Shown in pieces: positions 41,880 through 53,759 of a DNA stretch of 64,000 nucleotides (its first letter is position 1; each line of letters starts with the position of its first letter). The notes beneath the pieces were generated by a model, which saw nothing but the letters and a program-made list of their open reading frames with translations, did no database searches and had not been told where the DNA came from. Source of the stretch: Escherichia coli (lineage in GTDB: Bacteria; Pseudomonadota; Gammaproteobacteria; Enterobacterales; Enterobacteriaceae); assembly GCF_003019035.1 (NCBI RefSeq), contig NZ_CP027447.1, one strand, 5' to 3'. A program made the translations under genes and the position numbers.

Positions 41880-43280
41880 TCAGGTGTGTTTAAAGCCGTT
41901 CTGCTGGGCAATACCCTGCAGTTTCGGGTGGTCGCTGAGATATTTCAGGGAGGCTTTGTAGTCTTCCAGCAACAGTTCAGCAAAGTCCATTTCGAAGCCG
42001 CGACGACACATAATGCGCATCACCACGATGTCGGTGGCTTCACCGCCGAGAGTGAAGGCCGGAACCTGCCAGCCGCGCAGACGCAGACGTTCAGAGAGGT
42101 CGTACAGGGTGTATCCCGGATCTTCACCATCTTTCAGTTTGAAGCAAACCGCCGGGATGCCTTCGTCCGGGCGACCGGTACAGATGAACTCATACGGCCC
42201 CAGTTTGGCGATTTCATCCGCCAGATAAGCGGCAACCTGGTAGGAAGCGTTCTGTACTTTGGTATAGCCTTCACGACCGAGGCGCAGGAATTCATAGTAC
42301 TGTGCAATCACCTGACCCGCCGGGCGGGAGAAGTTGATGGCGAAAGTACCAATCTGACCGCCGAGGTAGTCAACGTTGAACACCAGTTCCTGCGGCAGCG
42401 CTTCTTCATCACGCCAGATAACCCAGCCGCAGCCCAGCGGAGCCAGACCGAATTTATGGCCTGAAGCACTGATCGATTTCACACGCGGCAGGCGGAAGTC
42501 CCAGACGATATCCGGAGCGACGAACGGTGCCAGGAAGCCACCGCTGGCAGCGTCGATGTGCATGTCGATGTCGATACCGGTGTCGGCCTGGAATTTATCC
42601 AGCGCATCGTGCAGCGGCTGCGGGAACTCATAGTTACCGGTATAGGTCACGCCGAAAGTCGGCACCACGCCGATGGTATTTTCGTCGCAGGCTTCAATCA
42701 TGCGTTTCGGGTCCATAAACAACTGACCGGGGCGCATAGGGATCTCACGCAACTCCACATCCCAGTAGCGGGCGAATTTATGCCAGCAGATTTGTACCGG
42801 ACCGCACACCAGGTTTGGTTTATCCGTTGGCTTACCTGCAGCTTCCATACGCTTGCGCCAACGCCATTTCATCGCCATCCCGCCAAGCATACAGGCCTCG
42901 GAAGAACCAATGGTGTTGGTGCCAACGGCCTGACCATTTTTCGGTGCAGGCGCATGCCACAGATCGGCAACCATGTTTACGCAACGCAGGTCGATGGCTG
43001 CGGATTGCGGATATTCTTCTTTGTCGATCCAGTTTTTGTTAATGGATAAATCCATCAACTTGTGGACGTTTTCGTCGTCCCAGGTCTGGCAGAAAGTGGC
43101 CAGGTTCTGACGAGCGTTGCCATCAAGATATAATTCGTCATTGATAATCTGAAATGCGACATCGTCGCGCATTTCGTGCAGCGGAAAACGTTTTGATTCT
43201 GCGATAGTGGAAATAGACTTTGCACCAAAACGTGAATCGAGTAGTTCCGACCTTAAATCCGTTACTTGCTTCTTATCCAT
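41880..43280 (-). CDS. gadB: Glutamate decarboxylase beta
   Basis: 466 aa from [21 protein letters not shown]...; the six-frame ORF has a 23-codon upstream extension. Confidence 0.9.
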   Translation of the reverse strand: MDKKQVTDLRSELLDSRFGAKSISTIAESKRFPLHEMRDDVAFQIINDELYLDGNARQNLATFCQTWDDENVHKLMDLSINKNWIDKEEYPQSAAIDLRCVNMVADLWHAPAPKNGQAVGTNTIGSSEACMLGGMAMKWRWRKRMEAAGKPTDKPNLVCGPVQICWHKFARYWDVELREIPMRPGQLFMDPKRMIEACDENTIGVVPTFGVTYTGNYEFPQPLHDALDKFQADTGIDIDMHIDAASGGFLAPFVAPDIVWDFRLPRVKSISASGHKFGLAPLGCGWVIWRDEEALPQELVFNVDYLGGQIGTFAINFSRPAGQVIAQYYEFLRLGREGYTKVQNASYQVAAYLADEIAKLGPYEFICTGRPDEGIPAVCFKLKDGEDPGYTLYDLSERLRLRGWQVPAFTLGGEATDIVVMRIMCRRGFEMDFAELLLEDYKASLKYLSDHPKLQGIAQQNGFKHT

Positions 43281-43359
43281 TTTAAACTCCTTAAAATGAT
43301 TGGATCGCATTAAAAAAGTAGGATTTATCGATAAAGTAAGCAAGTGCAAAGGACTCGTG

Positions 43360-43379
43360 TTTAAATAACAAAATCCTAA
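43360..43379 (-). promoter_or_regulatory. GAD box (GadE-binding site) upstream of gadB
   Basis: Reverse complement reads TTAGGATTTTGTTATTTAAA. Confidence 0.6.
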
Positions 43380-43641
43380 TGTTATTTATCGCGAGATATT
43401 ATGTGAATTATATTTTATCATTGAAAATCAATATATTACTGAATTCTTGGGTGGTGGCAAGGTGTTTTATGCTGTTATTTTTATGCACTTTCTACGCCTC
43501 CTGAATTATCACGTAAAAATCAGACCTTAAAATATCACTATTAGCACTCGGCTATTATTTTGAACGCATTTATAAAATTATTACATAAAAATGGCGAATA
43601 TTGCTAAAATCCCCGCCAACGAGGTGTTGACGGGGCTGTGA

Positions 43642-46437
43642 TTATTTTGGCAATAATACTCCGGTATAGGTATTCACCGGATGAGAAAGATATTGTTTAA
43701 CGGCAGTGTTAACATTCTCTACCGTCATTTGTTTCAATAATTGCTCCTGCTCAGTCCATGCTGCAGGATCGTCATATTGAATAAGACTATTTACAATGGT
43801 GTTCGCTAATTGTTGAACGCTACGCTGTTGGATATCGAGGCTGCGCTGAACGTTTTGCTGGTATTCATTCAGTTCTTGCTCACTGATCCCTTTAGCCAGA
43901 CGCTTAACCATCACTTCATTCGCTAACGTTAACAGTTCATCATGTCGTTCTGGTTGACAAGTAAAAGCCAGCAAATGACTGATATCTTTGGCCTGAGGAT
44001 CAACCGAGAGACGAGAAGAAACGCTGTATGCTCCAGATGCCTGTTCACGAATATTAACGCGTAGATCTTTTGCCAGTGCGACGTTAAAAGCATCGAGCGC
44101 CATACGCGTCTCCAGATTTACAGGTGTCCGGGAATCATAACGCTTCCACTGTGAAACCTGTGCCACAGGTTCATTTTGTTCTTTTACAGTAACCGATGCG
44201 TTGTCCGTCGCGCGAGTTAATGGTTTACCTGCGGCTAATGGCGAATCAGAGTGTTTGATTGATCCTAAGTAACGCGTAATTAACGCCACGAGTTTGTCTT
44301 CTGCGACATTACCGACAATGACAAACGTGATATCCGCTGGAGATGAAAACAACTGGCGATCGGCAGCCAGCGCATCTGCGGCAGTAAACTGTGCAATCTG
44401 ATTTTCTTGCGGTAATTTCGTGCGGTTATCAGCATAGCGCGTCTCATACATCTGCTGGGCGAATTTCTCCGCTGGACGCTGGTCGAGCGTTTTCAACGCC
44501 TGAATTTGAGCATTTTGTAGCGATGCCCAAATATTATCGTTAATCGTGCTGTGGGTGATTCGCTGGTTAATCAACTGGAAACCAGGTTCAGGGTTATTAG
44601 TCCGCGCGCTAACAGAGAGCAATGTATTCATGCCACTGACTTTACTGCTCATGGTTACCGAGTTTTCCGCACTCCAGCGTTTCAGGCTGGAAGAGGAGAG
44701 TTCACCAACGCCGCTTCCGCTTACTGCTTTATTTGCCAGCGCGATAAGTGATTTTTGCTGCGCAGGGAAACTTAAATCGCCTTTATTAGATACGGCAGTA
44801 ATTTGTAGCTTTTGCTCTTCACCCGCGGATTTTGCCAGAATAACCCTGGCACCATTGGAAAGTGTTAATGATGTCAGATTCTCAGCCAGCGTTTCTTTGC
44901 TGCTAATTTCCGCCTGTGGGTCAGCGTCTACTGTTAACGATAAATTTCTGCCTGGGAAGATGTAAGCTGCCAGCTTTTTGTTGGCGTACTCTTTTTCCAG
45001 CGCCAGGATAGCCGCAGGAGACAATGCTTTTTTGGCGGCAACTTCATTGTTTACCATTTGCTCCCAAAATGCGTCCTGGTTCTTTCTTAACTGCTGCCAT
45101 TTTTCCGCCAGACTTTGCACGGTAATTTGCTGCCACAGACGTTTCGAAAGTTGATATGTCTCTTCCGGCGACAAGAACGGCGTATTATTTAATGAGCTGG
45201 ATGCCAGGCGACTGGTCAGCATACGTAAATCACGCTCAGCTTGCTGATCAACCGCATTTTTCAGCCAGGTAAGGCGGGTAGATTTAACATCATCGAGTTC
45301 TTCAGCAGAAAAGCCATGCTGATCAATGGTTGCCAACTCTGCCATTAATGCATTCGCAGCATCCTGCATATTATCGTCTTGTGCATTTACACGGAAAAAC
45401 AGCGACTGATAATCGGGTGCAATTTTGACGCTGCGCGCAGTGCCGCCAGAAATAGTCTTCAACTCGCCCGACTGTATGCGTTCTTGCAGACGTTGGTTGA
45501 ACAGCTGAACTAACATGCTCCATTCAGCTTGTTCGATAAAGCTTTGCTCATCGCTCACTTGCACCATTGGCAGGCGATAATAGAGTGCGATGCCGTTCAC
45601 CCGGTTTTCTTTATCATTGATGATATTAAAGCGCAGGTGGTTTTCGGCTTTTGTCGGCCAGACGCGATTTTCAGCTGCTTTGTTAGCCGGAAGCTTACTT
45701 AAATTATCCTTTATCAGCGCCAGCGCTTCTTTACTGTCGATATCGCCGACCACAATAAAGGTCATATTATTTGGTTGATACCAGCGTTGATAAAATTGGC
45801 GCAATTGTGCCGGTGTGACCGTGGCGACGGTATCCATCAGGCCGATAGGTTCACGGTCTAAATTACGGGTATTTGCCAGCAGGAAAGGGCGGCGCGCCTG
45901 AGAGGTGCGCCATTTCGCATCCTGATGGGCACGCCATTCCTCAGTAATTACGCCGCGTTCAGCGTCTACTTCGAGTTTTTCAAAGGTTGCGGCATTACTC
46001 CATTCACTGAAGATTGCCATCACTTGTTGCAGATTTTGTTTCTGCGTAGTCGGCAAACTCACCTGATACACTGTTTCGTCATAGCTGGTATAGGCATTAA
46101 CATCGCGACCAAAACGCAGGCCCATTGACTCAAATGTTTCGATGACTTTATTACCCGGCCATGTTTTTGTGCCGTTAAACATCATATGTTCTACAAAATG
46201 AGCCACGCCGCGCTCATTGTCCTCTTCCTGCAATGAACCGGTATGAATTTGCAGCCATAAATTTACCTGATCCTTTGGTTGAGCATGCGGATAAATCATA
46301 TATCGCAAGCCATTGTCCAGTTGCCCGGTAATTAACTTTTCATCCTGCGGTAAGGCGGCGGCAATCAGTCGCCCGGGGAGCAACAGAGTTGCCACTAACG
46401 TCAGTAAGAAACAGAGGTTTCTCATAATTATCTCCAT
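43642..46437 (-). CDS. pqqL: Periplasmic M16-family zinc protease
   Basis: 931 aa; signal peptide; HFVEHMMFNG zinc-binding motif. Confidence 0.85.
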   Translation of the reverse strand: MEIIMRNLCFLLTLVATLLLPGRLIAAALPQDEKLITGQLDNGLRYMIYPHAQPKDQVNLWLQIHTGSLQEEDNERGVAHFVEHMMFNGTKTWPGNKVIETFESMGLRFGRDVNAYTSYDETVYQVSLPTTQKQNLQQVMAIFSEWSNAATFEKLEVDAERGVITEEWRAHQDAKWRTSQARRPFLLANTRNLDREPIGLMDTVATVTPAQLRQFYQRWYQPNNMTFIVVGDIDSKEALALIKDNLSKLPANKAAENRVWPTKAENHLRFNIINDKENRVNGIALYYRLPMVQVSDEQSFIEQAEWSMLVQLFNQRLQERIQSGELKTISGGTARSVKIAPDYQSLFFRVNAQDDNMQDAANALMAELATIDQHGFSAEELDDVKSTRLTWLKNAVDQQAERDLRMLTSRLASSSLNNTPFLSPEETYQLSKRLWQQITVQSLAEKWQQLRKNQDAFWEQMVNNEVAAKKALSPAAILALEKEYANKKLAAYIFPGRNLSLTVDADPQAEISSKETLAENLTSLTLSNGARVILAKSAGEEQKLQITAVSNKGDLSFPAQQKSLIALANKAVSGSGVGELSSSSLKRWSAENSVTMSSKVSGMNTLLSVSARTNNPEPGFQLINQRITHSTINDNIWASLQNAQIQALKTLDQRPAEKFAQQMYETRYADNRTKLPQENQIAQFTAADALAADRQLFSSPADITFVIVGNVAEDKLVALITRYLGSIKHSDSPLAAGKPLTRATDNASVTVKEQNEPVAQVSQWKRYDSRTPVNLETRMALDAFNVALAKDLRVNIREQASGAYSVSSRLSVDPQAKDISHLLAFTCQPERHDELLTLANEVMVKRLAKGISEQELNEYQQNVQRSLDIQQRSVQQLANTIVNSLIQYDDPAAWTEQEQLLKQMTVENVNTAVKQYLSHPVNTYTGVLLPK

Positions 46438-46481
46438 GCGAAAACCGGGCGAATTTACCCGGTTAAGTAAAATCCGAACTA

Positions 46482-48854
46482 TTAAAATTTCATGCTGACA
46501 TCAAGCCAGAAAGTACGGCCACTGGCGTAGGTCGCCACACCGGTATTCGTTGTATCAACAGCGGTTTTGCTATCCAGTACATTGAGAATATCGGCACTGA
46601 ACGTCAGGTTTTGTTGTTTCAGAAATTGTGGCGTCCAGGACAAGCGGGTGTCCCAGGTCAGGCTGCTATCCAGTTTTTCGTCAACATACTGCTTGTAATC
46701 TGAATATTCGCTGATGTATTGCGCATTCGTCTTACCCAGGATAATGCGAGCTTTACGCGCTTCTTGCCAGGTCAGCGTATTCGCCCACACCAACCCGTTC
46801 GGTTGATGCGTGAAATCCATGTTTAAGGAGATCTTTAGTGGATTATTAAAATCCGCCACTGGAACGCTATCGTAAGAGACCAGATTACCGTTATAAACCA
46901 CCTGGTTATCACCGGTATTGCTCTCCTCATAACCATTGTTTAACGACAAGTTGCCCTTGCTCTTGATATAGCTAAAGACAATTTGCGGGTTAATATCTAC
47001 CTGGCTGATATGCAGGGGTTCGGCCAGTTCAAAACTGAGGTTGAACGAATGCGTTTTGGTTTTGCCGTCGTTGTTATATTCAGTAATGGTGGTTTTAGTC
47101 GCGCTGTCGGTACGACTGCTTTTGCTGATTTGATCATGCGCTTCACGGTAAACATAGTTTGCGCGCGCAATAACGTTCTTACTGATTTTTTGCTGCAATC
47201 CCATTGCCAGTTCATCGTTATAAGGCGTTTTCAAATCCTGATAACGCGTCAGGGTTTTATTGCCTGATACCGATTCCGTCCAGCTATTGCGAATATCACG
47301 TAATCCCATATCAAGAATATTCCCGCCATAGTAACGGTTATAACCTGCGGTAATCATTGAGGTTTGATCAGCAAAAATATCCCATTCCGTCATAAAACGC
47401 GGGGAGATATTGTGGTTTGACAGATAGTTGTCATAGTCATACCGCACGCCGGGCATTAATGACACATTACGCCAGCTAATGCGATCCGCCATATACAGCG
47501 TGTAGTTGTCAATTCCCAGGCTGCCTTTACCTTTATGGTAAATGGTATGGTTAGTTTTCTTTCCGGCAGCATTAATCACATAGGATTCAGACTGGTTATG
47601 GCGTTCAGTCCATGCATCGGAATAGATGTATTCCGCGCCGAAGTAGGGTTGATGCGAAACATTACCCACGGTGAATTTTTGCCAGTCCAGGCGTGTTTTG
47701 AAGGTGTAATTATCTACAGCCTGGGAAATGTGTCCTAATCCGCCACGGGTGCAACGCCCTGAAATATCACCATATGTACATGAAAGTTCGGTGTACCAGA
47801 TGTCATGATCGTGACGGGTATAATCACTAATATGATCCCAACCAACGGTGGTACGCAGTTTGGCCCATGCGAGCTGGGTATCCATATCCCATGCCAGACC
47901 ATAGGATTTATTACCCATTTCGCGATCAGACTCCGGGAAGGTGCTGGTATTATAATCACGGCTGGAGCCGGTATATTTTAAGGTTAAATCGTGGGTAAAG
48001 CGGTCGCTGGCAAACCAGGTAAATTTGCTCAATGCAGTATCGATAACGTTTTTATACTGTGCCCGGCCGGCGACAATGCCGTCATTCGAAACATAATCCG
48101 CGCGGGTGATATCAGACTGGCGGCGCGATAAACCGGCGGTAACGCCAAAGTTATCAGCGAGTTCCTGATTAAACGACAAGGTATAAAAGTTCTTTTTAAA
48201 ATCTGGAGAGTAATAAGTACTTCCTGAAGAACCTTGATTAAATGCGCTCTTGTTATTCTCATCGATATGCGATGTTAACCAGTCCGAACGCGTAGTGCGA
48301 TAACCCAGTTTCACGCTGCTATCATCAGCGTTGAAGCGTTTGATCTTTGCATCAATTACCCCGCCATTGAAGCGACCAAATTCAACCGGCACAAAACTGT
48401 CATAAAGCGTCACATTGTCCAGTAAGCTGACATCAAGATAATAGCCCTGTGACATCCCGCTAATATTGGTTGCACTACTGGCATCGGACTCATTCGCTGG
48501 GTTCAGGTTATTCGTTGCACTAATGCCATCAATCAAATAGGCATTCTGGTAGGGCGACGCACCGTGAATAGAGATTTTCTCCGGGCGAATATCTCCCTGG
48601 TTCAATGAGGTACTTTGCGTTGAATCCATGCGTACCGCAGGGTTGGTTCTCAGCAGATCGCTGATATTGCCATTCCCGGTCGGTAAACGCTCGATGCTTT
48701 CACTGGTGTAATGCGTGTTGCCGTTTACGGGTACAGGGACAGGAGCATAGACCGTCATCTCTTCAAAAACATGCATGTACATATTTTTGTCATCGACGGC
48801 CTGCGCTACATCAGCGCCACATAAAATGACGCCAGGAATAAGAACTCGCTTCAT
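46482..48854 (-). CDS. yddB: TonB-dependent outer-membrane receptor
   Basis: 790 aa; signal peptide; C-terminal aromatic residue. Confidence 0.85.
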   Translation of the reverse strand: MKRVLIPGVILCGADVAQAVDDKNMYMHVFEEMTVYAPVPVPVNGNTHYTSESIERLPTGNGNISDLLRTNPAVRMDSTQSTSLNQGDIRPEKISIHGASPYQNAYLIDGISATNNLNPANESDASSATNISGMSQGYYLDVSLLDNVTLYDSFVPVEFGRFNGGVIDAKIKRFNADDSSVKLGYRTTRSDWLTSHIDENNKSAFNQGSSGSTYYSPDFKKNFYTLSFNQELADNFGVTAGLSRRQSDITRADYVSNDGIVAGRAQYKNVIDTALSKFTWFASDRFTHDLTLKYTGSSRDYNTSTFPESDREMGNKSYGLAWDMDTQLAWAKLRTTVGWDHISDYTRHDHDIWYTELSCTYGDISGRCTRGGLGHISQAVDNYTFKTRLDWQKFTVGNVSHQPYFGAEYIYSDAWTERHNQSESYVINAAGKKTNHTIYHKGKGSLGIDNYTLYMADRISWRNVSLMPGVRYDYDNYLSNHNISPRFMTEWDIFADQTSMITAGYNRYYGGNILDMGLRDIRNSWTESVSGNKTLTRYQDLKTPYNDELAMGLQQKISKNVIARANYVYREAHDQISKSSRTDSATKTTITEYNNDGKTKTHSFNLSFELAEPLHISQVDINPQIVFSYIKSKGNLSLNNGYEESNTGDNQVVYNGNLVSYDSVPVADFNNPLKISLNMDFTHQPNGLVWANTLTWQEARKARIILGKTNAQYISEYSDYKQYVDEKLDSSLTWDTRLSWTPQFLKQQNLTFSADILNVLDSKTAVDTTNTGVATYASGRTFWLDVSMKF

Positions 48855-48891
48855 TTATTTATATCTCCGTACAGCAGGGCTTTTATTGTTT

Positions 48892-50577
48892 TTATAAAAC
48901 CGCGCTAATGTCACAAATATCATCGGCCAGGTTCCAGACACCGGGTTGATGTGTAACCATAATGACGCCGCTTGTGGGGAGTTTTTCTCGCACTAAACGC
49001 AGTAAGCGGATTGCCTCTTGTTCCTCAAGATGAGAGGTAGTTTCGTCAAGAAATATCCATTTCGGACGTCGTAAAATTAATCGAGCCAGGGCGATACGTT
49101 GTTTTTCGCCGCTGGAAAGAATATCTCCCCAGCGATCGTGGTCATGAATACGCGCAGCCAATTTCCCCAGTCCAACCTGATGCAGTACTTCACTCAACGA
49201 TTTATCGTCTACGGACAGGGGAAGTGCTTTACAAATAATCTCTTTCAGTAAGCCGGTTTTGATTAACGGTGTTTGTGACACATACCAACTGTCAGCAGGA
49301 GAAGAAATATCACCTTTAAACCACGGCCAGCAGTGGGATAATGTTTTAAGCAGTGTGGTTTTTCCCGCACCAGAGTAACCTTTCAGCAATAGCCATTTGC
49401 CTGGCAAAACATGAAAGTTCAGGTTCTCTAATATGATCTTATTATCAGGAGTACGAATACTCGCGTCAGCCACTTGTACCGCATGTTGGCAATTTTTAGG
49501 CTTATTCGTAGGGCGCTGTTCGGTGAGTTGATGGAACTCATACAAGCGATCGATAACCGCAGCCAGTTCAGCAAGTTCATCATATTTATAAATAAACCAG
49601 CTTAAATTGTTCGATACCAGCATAAATGCCTGGCGCGATTTCATCAGTCCGCCCAGATTGATCTGTCCGCTAATAAACTGCGGCAATAACAGAAAGTAGG
49701 GAAGAACGCTAAGCGAGCGCGAATAAATATTCTGCCAGTAATCAAGCCACCGCTGACGATTCATTAAACGATGCCAGTTCTCTTTAATGGTATGAAAATT
49801 TTCGCTCAACTCCTGGCGTTGTAGAGACTCAGCATTGCTTAGCGCAATCAGTTCTGCCTGCTTATTATGCTGCACAAGATTAGTTCGAAATGTCGCTTCG
49901 CTACGTTGTTTTTCCACATTAAGCGGACGAATACGTTTACCAACCTTATGGGTAAATAAAGTTCCACCGATCACAATGAGCACGACGGTATAGACCATAT
50001 ACCCCTGGATATTCCATTCAGTTCCACCAACAGTGAATGAGAGCGTACCCGCGCTTTGCCAAAGAATAACGGTAAAGGTGATCAGCATGCTAAGTGACTG
50101 GATGAAGCCAAATGAAAGACTGAGCGTTTTGCTGATCAGTAAGAGAATGTCTTCAGCGATACGTTGGTCAGGGTTATCTGTATTTTTATGCTCGCCGTAG
50201 ATCTGCGTGAAGTAGTAGTTTTTATCTGCAAACCAGCGATTAAGGTAGTAATCTGTTAACCATTCGCGCCAGCGAATAGTCAGTAGTTTAATTAACCATG
50301 TTTTGTTTACGGATATTAATACAAAGATCCCCAGCAGGGCAGGGAACCAAAGGACAAGCTGCCAAAGCTTATCAGTTTCTTTCTGGCTTAGCGCATTGAA
50401 AAAATCATTATTCCAGTCGTTTAACCAGACCTGAATTTTAACCACGCCAAGGATCATGGCGAGGATAATAATGATTAACAACACTGAAGTTTTATTATTC
50501 TTACGCAGCCAAAAGGGCTTCAGCAGACAGAGATACTTTGCTATCAACATACAAAACGTAATGGGAATGGTTATCAT
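48892..50577 (-). CDS. yddA: ABC transporter, fused permease and ATPase
   Basis: 561 aa; Walker A (GYSGAGKTT) and ABC signature (LSSGEKQR). Confidence 0.85.
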   Translation of the reverse strand: MITIPITFCMLIAKYLCLLKPFWLRKNNKTSVLLIIIILAMILGVVKIQVWLNDWNNDFFNALSQKETDKLWQLVLWFPALLGIFVLISVNKTWLIKLLTIRWREWLTDYYLNRWFADKNYYFTQIYGEHKNTDNPDQRIAEDILLLISKTLSLSFGFIQSLSMLITFTVILWQSAGTLSFTVGGTEWNIQGYMVYTVVLIVIGGTLFTHKVGKRIRPLNVEKQRSEATFRTNLVQHNKQAELIALSNAESLQRQELSENFHTIKENWHRLMNRQRWLDYWQNIYSRSLSVLPYFLLLPQFISGQINLGGLMKSRQAFMLVSNNLSWFIYKYDELAELAAVIDRLYEFHQLTEQRPTNKPKNCQHAVQVADASIRTPDNKIILENLNFHVLPGKWLLLKGYSGAGKTTLLKTLSHCWPWFKGDISSPADSWYVSQTPLIKTGLLKEIICKALPLSVDDKSLSEVLHQVGLGKLAARIHDHDRWGDILSSGEKQRIALARLILRRPKWIFLDETTSHLEEQEAIRLLRLVREKLPTSGVIMVTHQPGVWNLADDICDISAVL

Positions 50578-50867
50578 TAGCGAAAATTTATTGTGCCATC
50601 CAATGATTATCTATGGCAATGATATACTGATGAAATTTATTTAAGTATCATTTAACAATATGAAATATAAAGAAATATTTCATTTTCAGTGGTTATGGTT
50701 ATGCTATTGATAATCAAGGGTATTGCTAATGCCCTGACGCATACCTCGTAAGCCAGGATTTTCGCAAAGGAAGATGATGAAGACGAAACACCCGACAGGA
50801 ATTTATGTCGGGTGCCTTGTTAAGGTCATAAGAAGGAGGCTAAGAATGGAGCTAAGGGGGAGCGTTA

Positions 50868-52040
50868 TTAATTATTCTCCATTTGTTTTGCAACATCCAT
50901 AATGTGGTAAAGCGGTACTCTGTTCTTAGCTAACTCCACCATGGCGTTCATATAAGGTACCATGGTTGAAAAAAGGATTTTATAACCTTCGCAAAAATAG
51001 GAAACAGTCTCATTGTTTACTTTAGTAATACGATGCTTAGGGCAACCACCATTGCAGATAGGTTTATATGCACATTGCTGACATTTCGCTGAAATCCGTT
51101 TTTTTTGCGCTGTCAGTTGAACACTGTTCATCGTTTTGAGTTCAGATTTATTAATGTTTCCAATTTTGTACTGTGGATAGACAAAATGATCGCATTCGTA
51201 AATATCTCCATTACTTTCAACAACCAGATTATCCTTGCAGGATTCCTGGAAAATACAACTGGTATGCCCATTCCCCAAAAAACGGCTGACAAAGCTTTCA
51301 AACTGACGGATGAAAATTTCACCCACATCGTTTTTAACCCATTGCATAAAAATGGTTGACATAAACTTGCCATAAGCCGTGGGAGGCACAGAAAAATCAA
51401 TGATACGGAATGTGTTCTCACTATGACCACTGAAATCAATATTCGGCGTCCCGGTTTCTAGCAATTCGATAAATTGCATATGTTTACTGCCGATAGATTT
51501 TAAAAAATGATAAACCTCATGAGGGTAATGGACATTAACGTTATTAATGACGGTTAACGTATTAAACTCTACTTGATATGATTTCAGACGCTCGATGGCT
51601 GCTATCACTTTTGCAAAAGTACCGTTGCCTGAATTACTGCGTCTGTAACGGTCATGTAGCTCCTGGGGGCCATCGATCGAGATACCAACCAGAAACTCAT
51701 GTTCTTTGAGAAAGGCACACCATTCATTATTCAATAAAATGCCATTCGTTTGTAATGCATTAAAAATACGTTTTTGGCCTGCATAGCGTTGTTGATAGTG
51801 AATAACTTTACGGAAAAAATCCAGGCCAGCCAGAGTGGGTTCACCCCCTTGCCAGGTAAAATAGACCTGATTGCCAGACGCTGCGATATATTGTTTGATG
51901 AACTCTTTCAGAGTGCTGTCATCCATCCATTTTTCATGAGTAAACTGCGACTCTTTTTCAAGGTAAAAACAGTAATCACATTTGAGATTACATTGAAAAC
52001 TGGAGGGCTTGGCTGTAACGTGCATCGCTATCTCGCTCAA
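50868..52040 (-). CDS. ydeM: Radical-SAM anaerobic sulfatase-maturating enzyme homologue
   Basis: ORF has two candidate ATG starts; CxxxCxxC-type motif (CNLKCDYC). Confidence 0.8.
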   Translation of the reverse strand: MSEIAMHVTAKPSSFQCNLKCDYCFYLEKESQFTHEKWMDDSTLKEFIKQYIAASGNQVYFTWQGGEPTLAGLDFFRKVIHYQQRYAGQKRIFNALQTNGILLNNEWCAFLKEHEFLVGISIDGPQELHDRYRRSNSGNGTFAKVIAAIERLKSYQVEFNTLTVINNVNVHYPHEVYHFLKSIGSKHMQFIELLETGTPNIDFSGHSENTFRIIDFSVPPTAYGKFMSTIFMQWVKNDVGEIFIRQFESFVSRFLGNGHTSCIFQESCKDNLVVESNGDIYECDHFVYPQYKIGNINKSELKTMNSVQLTAQKKRISAKCQQCAYKPICNGGCPKHRITKVNNETVSYFCEGYKILFSTMVPYMNAMVELAKNRVPLYHIMDVAKQMENN

Positions 52041-52076
52041 TAAGGCGGCGGAAAAATCCGCCGCATGAAGGTTTAG

Positions 52077-53759
52077 TTATTTCGCTTCGCTTAGTGCTTT
52101 CTTGATATTGTTAAACTTCTCCTGATTTACCTCGCTAAGCGGTGGTTGGCTGCTGTCGATAAACTCTCTTACCACGCCTTGCATCTCTTTAACGACCTGC
52201 GGATTGGCGGCCGCAAGGTTATCTTTTTGCTGTAGATCCGTCAGTTTGTATAGACCTAACTGATTGTTTTCTACTGTATAGACTAGCGAATAATCGTTAT
52301 TTCTCACCGTATAAGAGAATTGGCTTAAATCCTCGGTGTTGGGGTTATGCGGGTAATCGTCTGACTGATGGCGGACAAATTTGTGGTAATTATCCCAGAA
52401 GGGAATATTTTCCTCATCAAACCAGTGAGAATAAGAGGTTATCCAGGTCAGATTTTTATGTGGCTCGCCTTGTTTCTTATCTTGCAACCACGGCAGCAAG
52501 GAAACGCCATCCAGCTTAAGGTCTTTTGGAATGCTGATATCGGCTGCATCAAGAGCTGTCGGGTAGAAATCCATTGCGGAAATCAGCTTGTCATAATTAC
52601 CGGGTTGAAGTTTTCCTTTCCACCACATAAACATTGGGGTGTGAGTACCGCCAGGATAAGTCTGACTCTTATAGCCTTTTTGCGCCCCGTTCAGCGGCAG
52701 AGGACCATCGATAACCGCACCATTATCGGAGGTAAAGAGAATAATAGTATTGTCATACTGTCCGTTTTTCTTCAGTTGTTCGAGAATGCGTTTTACACCC
52801 TGATCAACAGAATAAACGGAAGCGTAGTAGTTATCTGCTGTTTGACTACCGGTATTAAATTGCTTCTGATATTGCTCCGGTGCAGGATTATCATTTGGCA
52901 GGTGCGGAGCATTATAAGCCAGGTAAAGCATAAAAGGCTGGTCAAGTGTTTTGGCACGATCAACAACGCCAATTGCCTCATCGGTTAACTGATCGCTGAT
53001 ATAACCTTTTGCTGGGACGCGTTCACGGTTTTTGAACAGTGAAGGGGAGTTGTAATATGCCGTTCCTGCAGCGTGGAATCCCATAAAGTAATCAAAGCCA
53101 CGGTTTTGAGGTTGCCATTCTTCCGCAGAAAATGTGGTGAAGTTGTCATGATAGTCACGCGTTTGTTTATCTTCCGGTACCGGCACATTACTGATTTTTG
53201 ACAAGTGCCATTTACCTACTGCTGCAGTGTAATAACCATGATTCTGGAATAATTCAGGCAAGAAAGTTTCTGTTAGCGGAATACCATCCTGAGCATCGGT
53301 ATTGGAATAGACACCAAAGCGGGCGGGCGCTCGACCGGTCATTATTGCGGCGCGGGAGGGGCCGGAAACACCGTGCGCCACATAGCCGTTAGTAAAACGT
53401 ACGCCTTCATCCATTAATGAAAGGAGCGTCGGCGTTGATTTTTGCGCAGCTTCAATGGCTTTATCTATCCCTATTTTGTAGGTATCGACAACTTCACGAT
53501 TTTCCATTGTTTTTGGGTCAAAAGATCCCTTATCAAAAGGAAGTTGTCCATAACCAAGATCATCCATGGTCAGTACGATAATATTTGGCTTTCCTTTGGT
53601 ACTGTATTCAGTCGGCGTAAAGTCTGAGAAAGCAACGTTTGTTTTGGTTGCTTTCAGCTTTACATCATCTGCCGCATGAGCAGCAAATGCAGCCATACCA
53701 GATGCCAGTATCAAAGATATCGAGGTACTTACGACACTTTTCTTTAATGCAGACTTCAT
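52077..53759 (-). CDS. ydeN: Sulfatase
   Basis: 560 aa from MKSALKK... with signal peptide; the six-frame ORF has a 60-codon upstream extension. Confidence 0.85.
   Translation of the reverse strand: MKSALKKSVVSTSISLILASGMAAFAAHAADDVKLKATKTNVAFSDFTPTEYSTKGKPNIIVLTMDDLGYGQLPFDKGSFDPKTMENREVVDTYKIGIDKAIEAAQKSTPTLLSLMDEGVRFTNGYVAHGVSGPSRAAIMTGRAPARFGVYSNTDAQDGIPLTETFLPELFQNHGYYTAAVGKWHLSKISNVPVPEDKQTRDYHDNFTTFSAEEWQPQNRGFDYFMGFHAAGTAYYNSPSLFKNRERVPAKGYISDQLTDEAIGVVDRAKTLDQPFMLYLAYNAPHLPNDNPAPEQYQKQFNTGSQTADNYYASVYSVDQGVKRILEQLKKNGQYDNTIILFTSDNGAVIDGPLPLNGAQKGYKSQTYPGGTHTPMFMWWKGKLQPGNYDKLISAMDFYPTALDAADISIPKDLKLDGVSLLPWLQDKKQGEPHKNLTWITSYSHWFDEENIPFWDNYHKFVRHQSDDYPHNPNTEDLSQFSYTVRNNDYSLVYTVENNQLGLYKLTDLQQKDNLAAANPQVVKEMQGVVREFIDSSQPPLSEVNQEKFNNIKKALSEAK

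Noticed and set aside
41886-43049. Plus-strand ORFs (192 aa and 163 aa) antisense to gadB
   Set aside because: They are contained within the strongly supported gadB coding region and have no translation signals.
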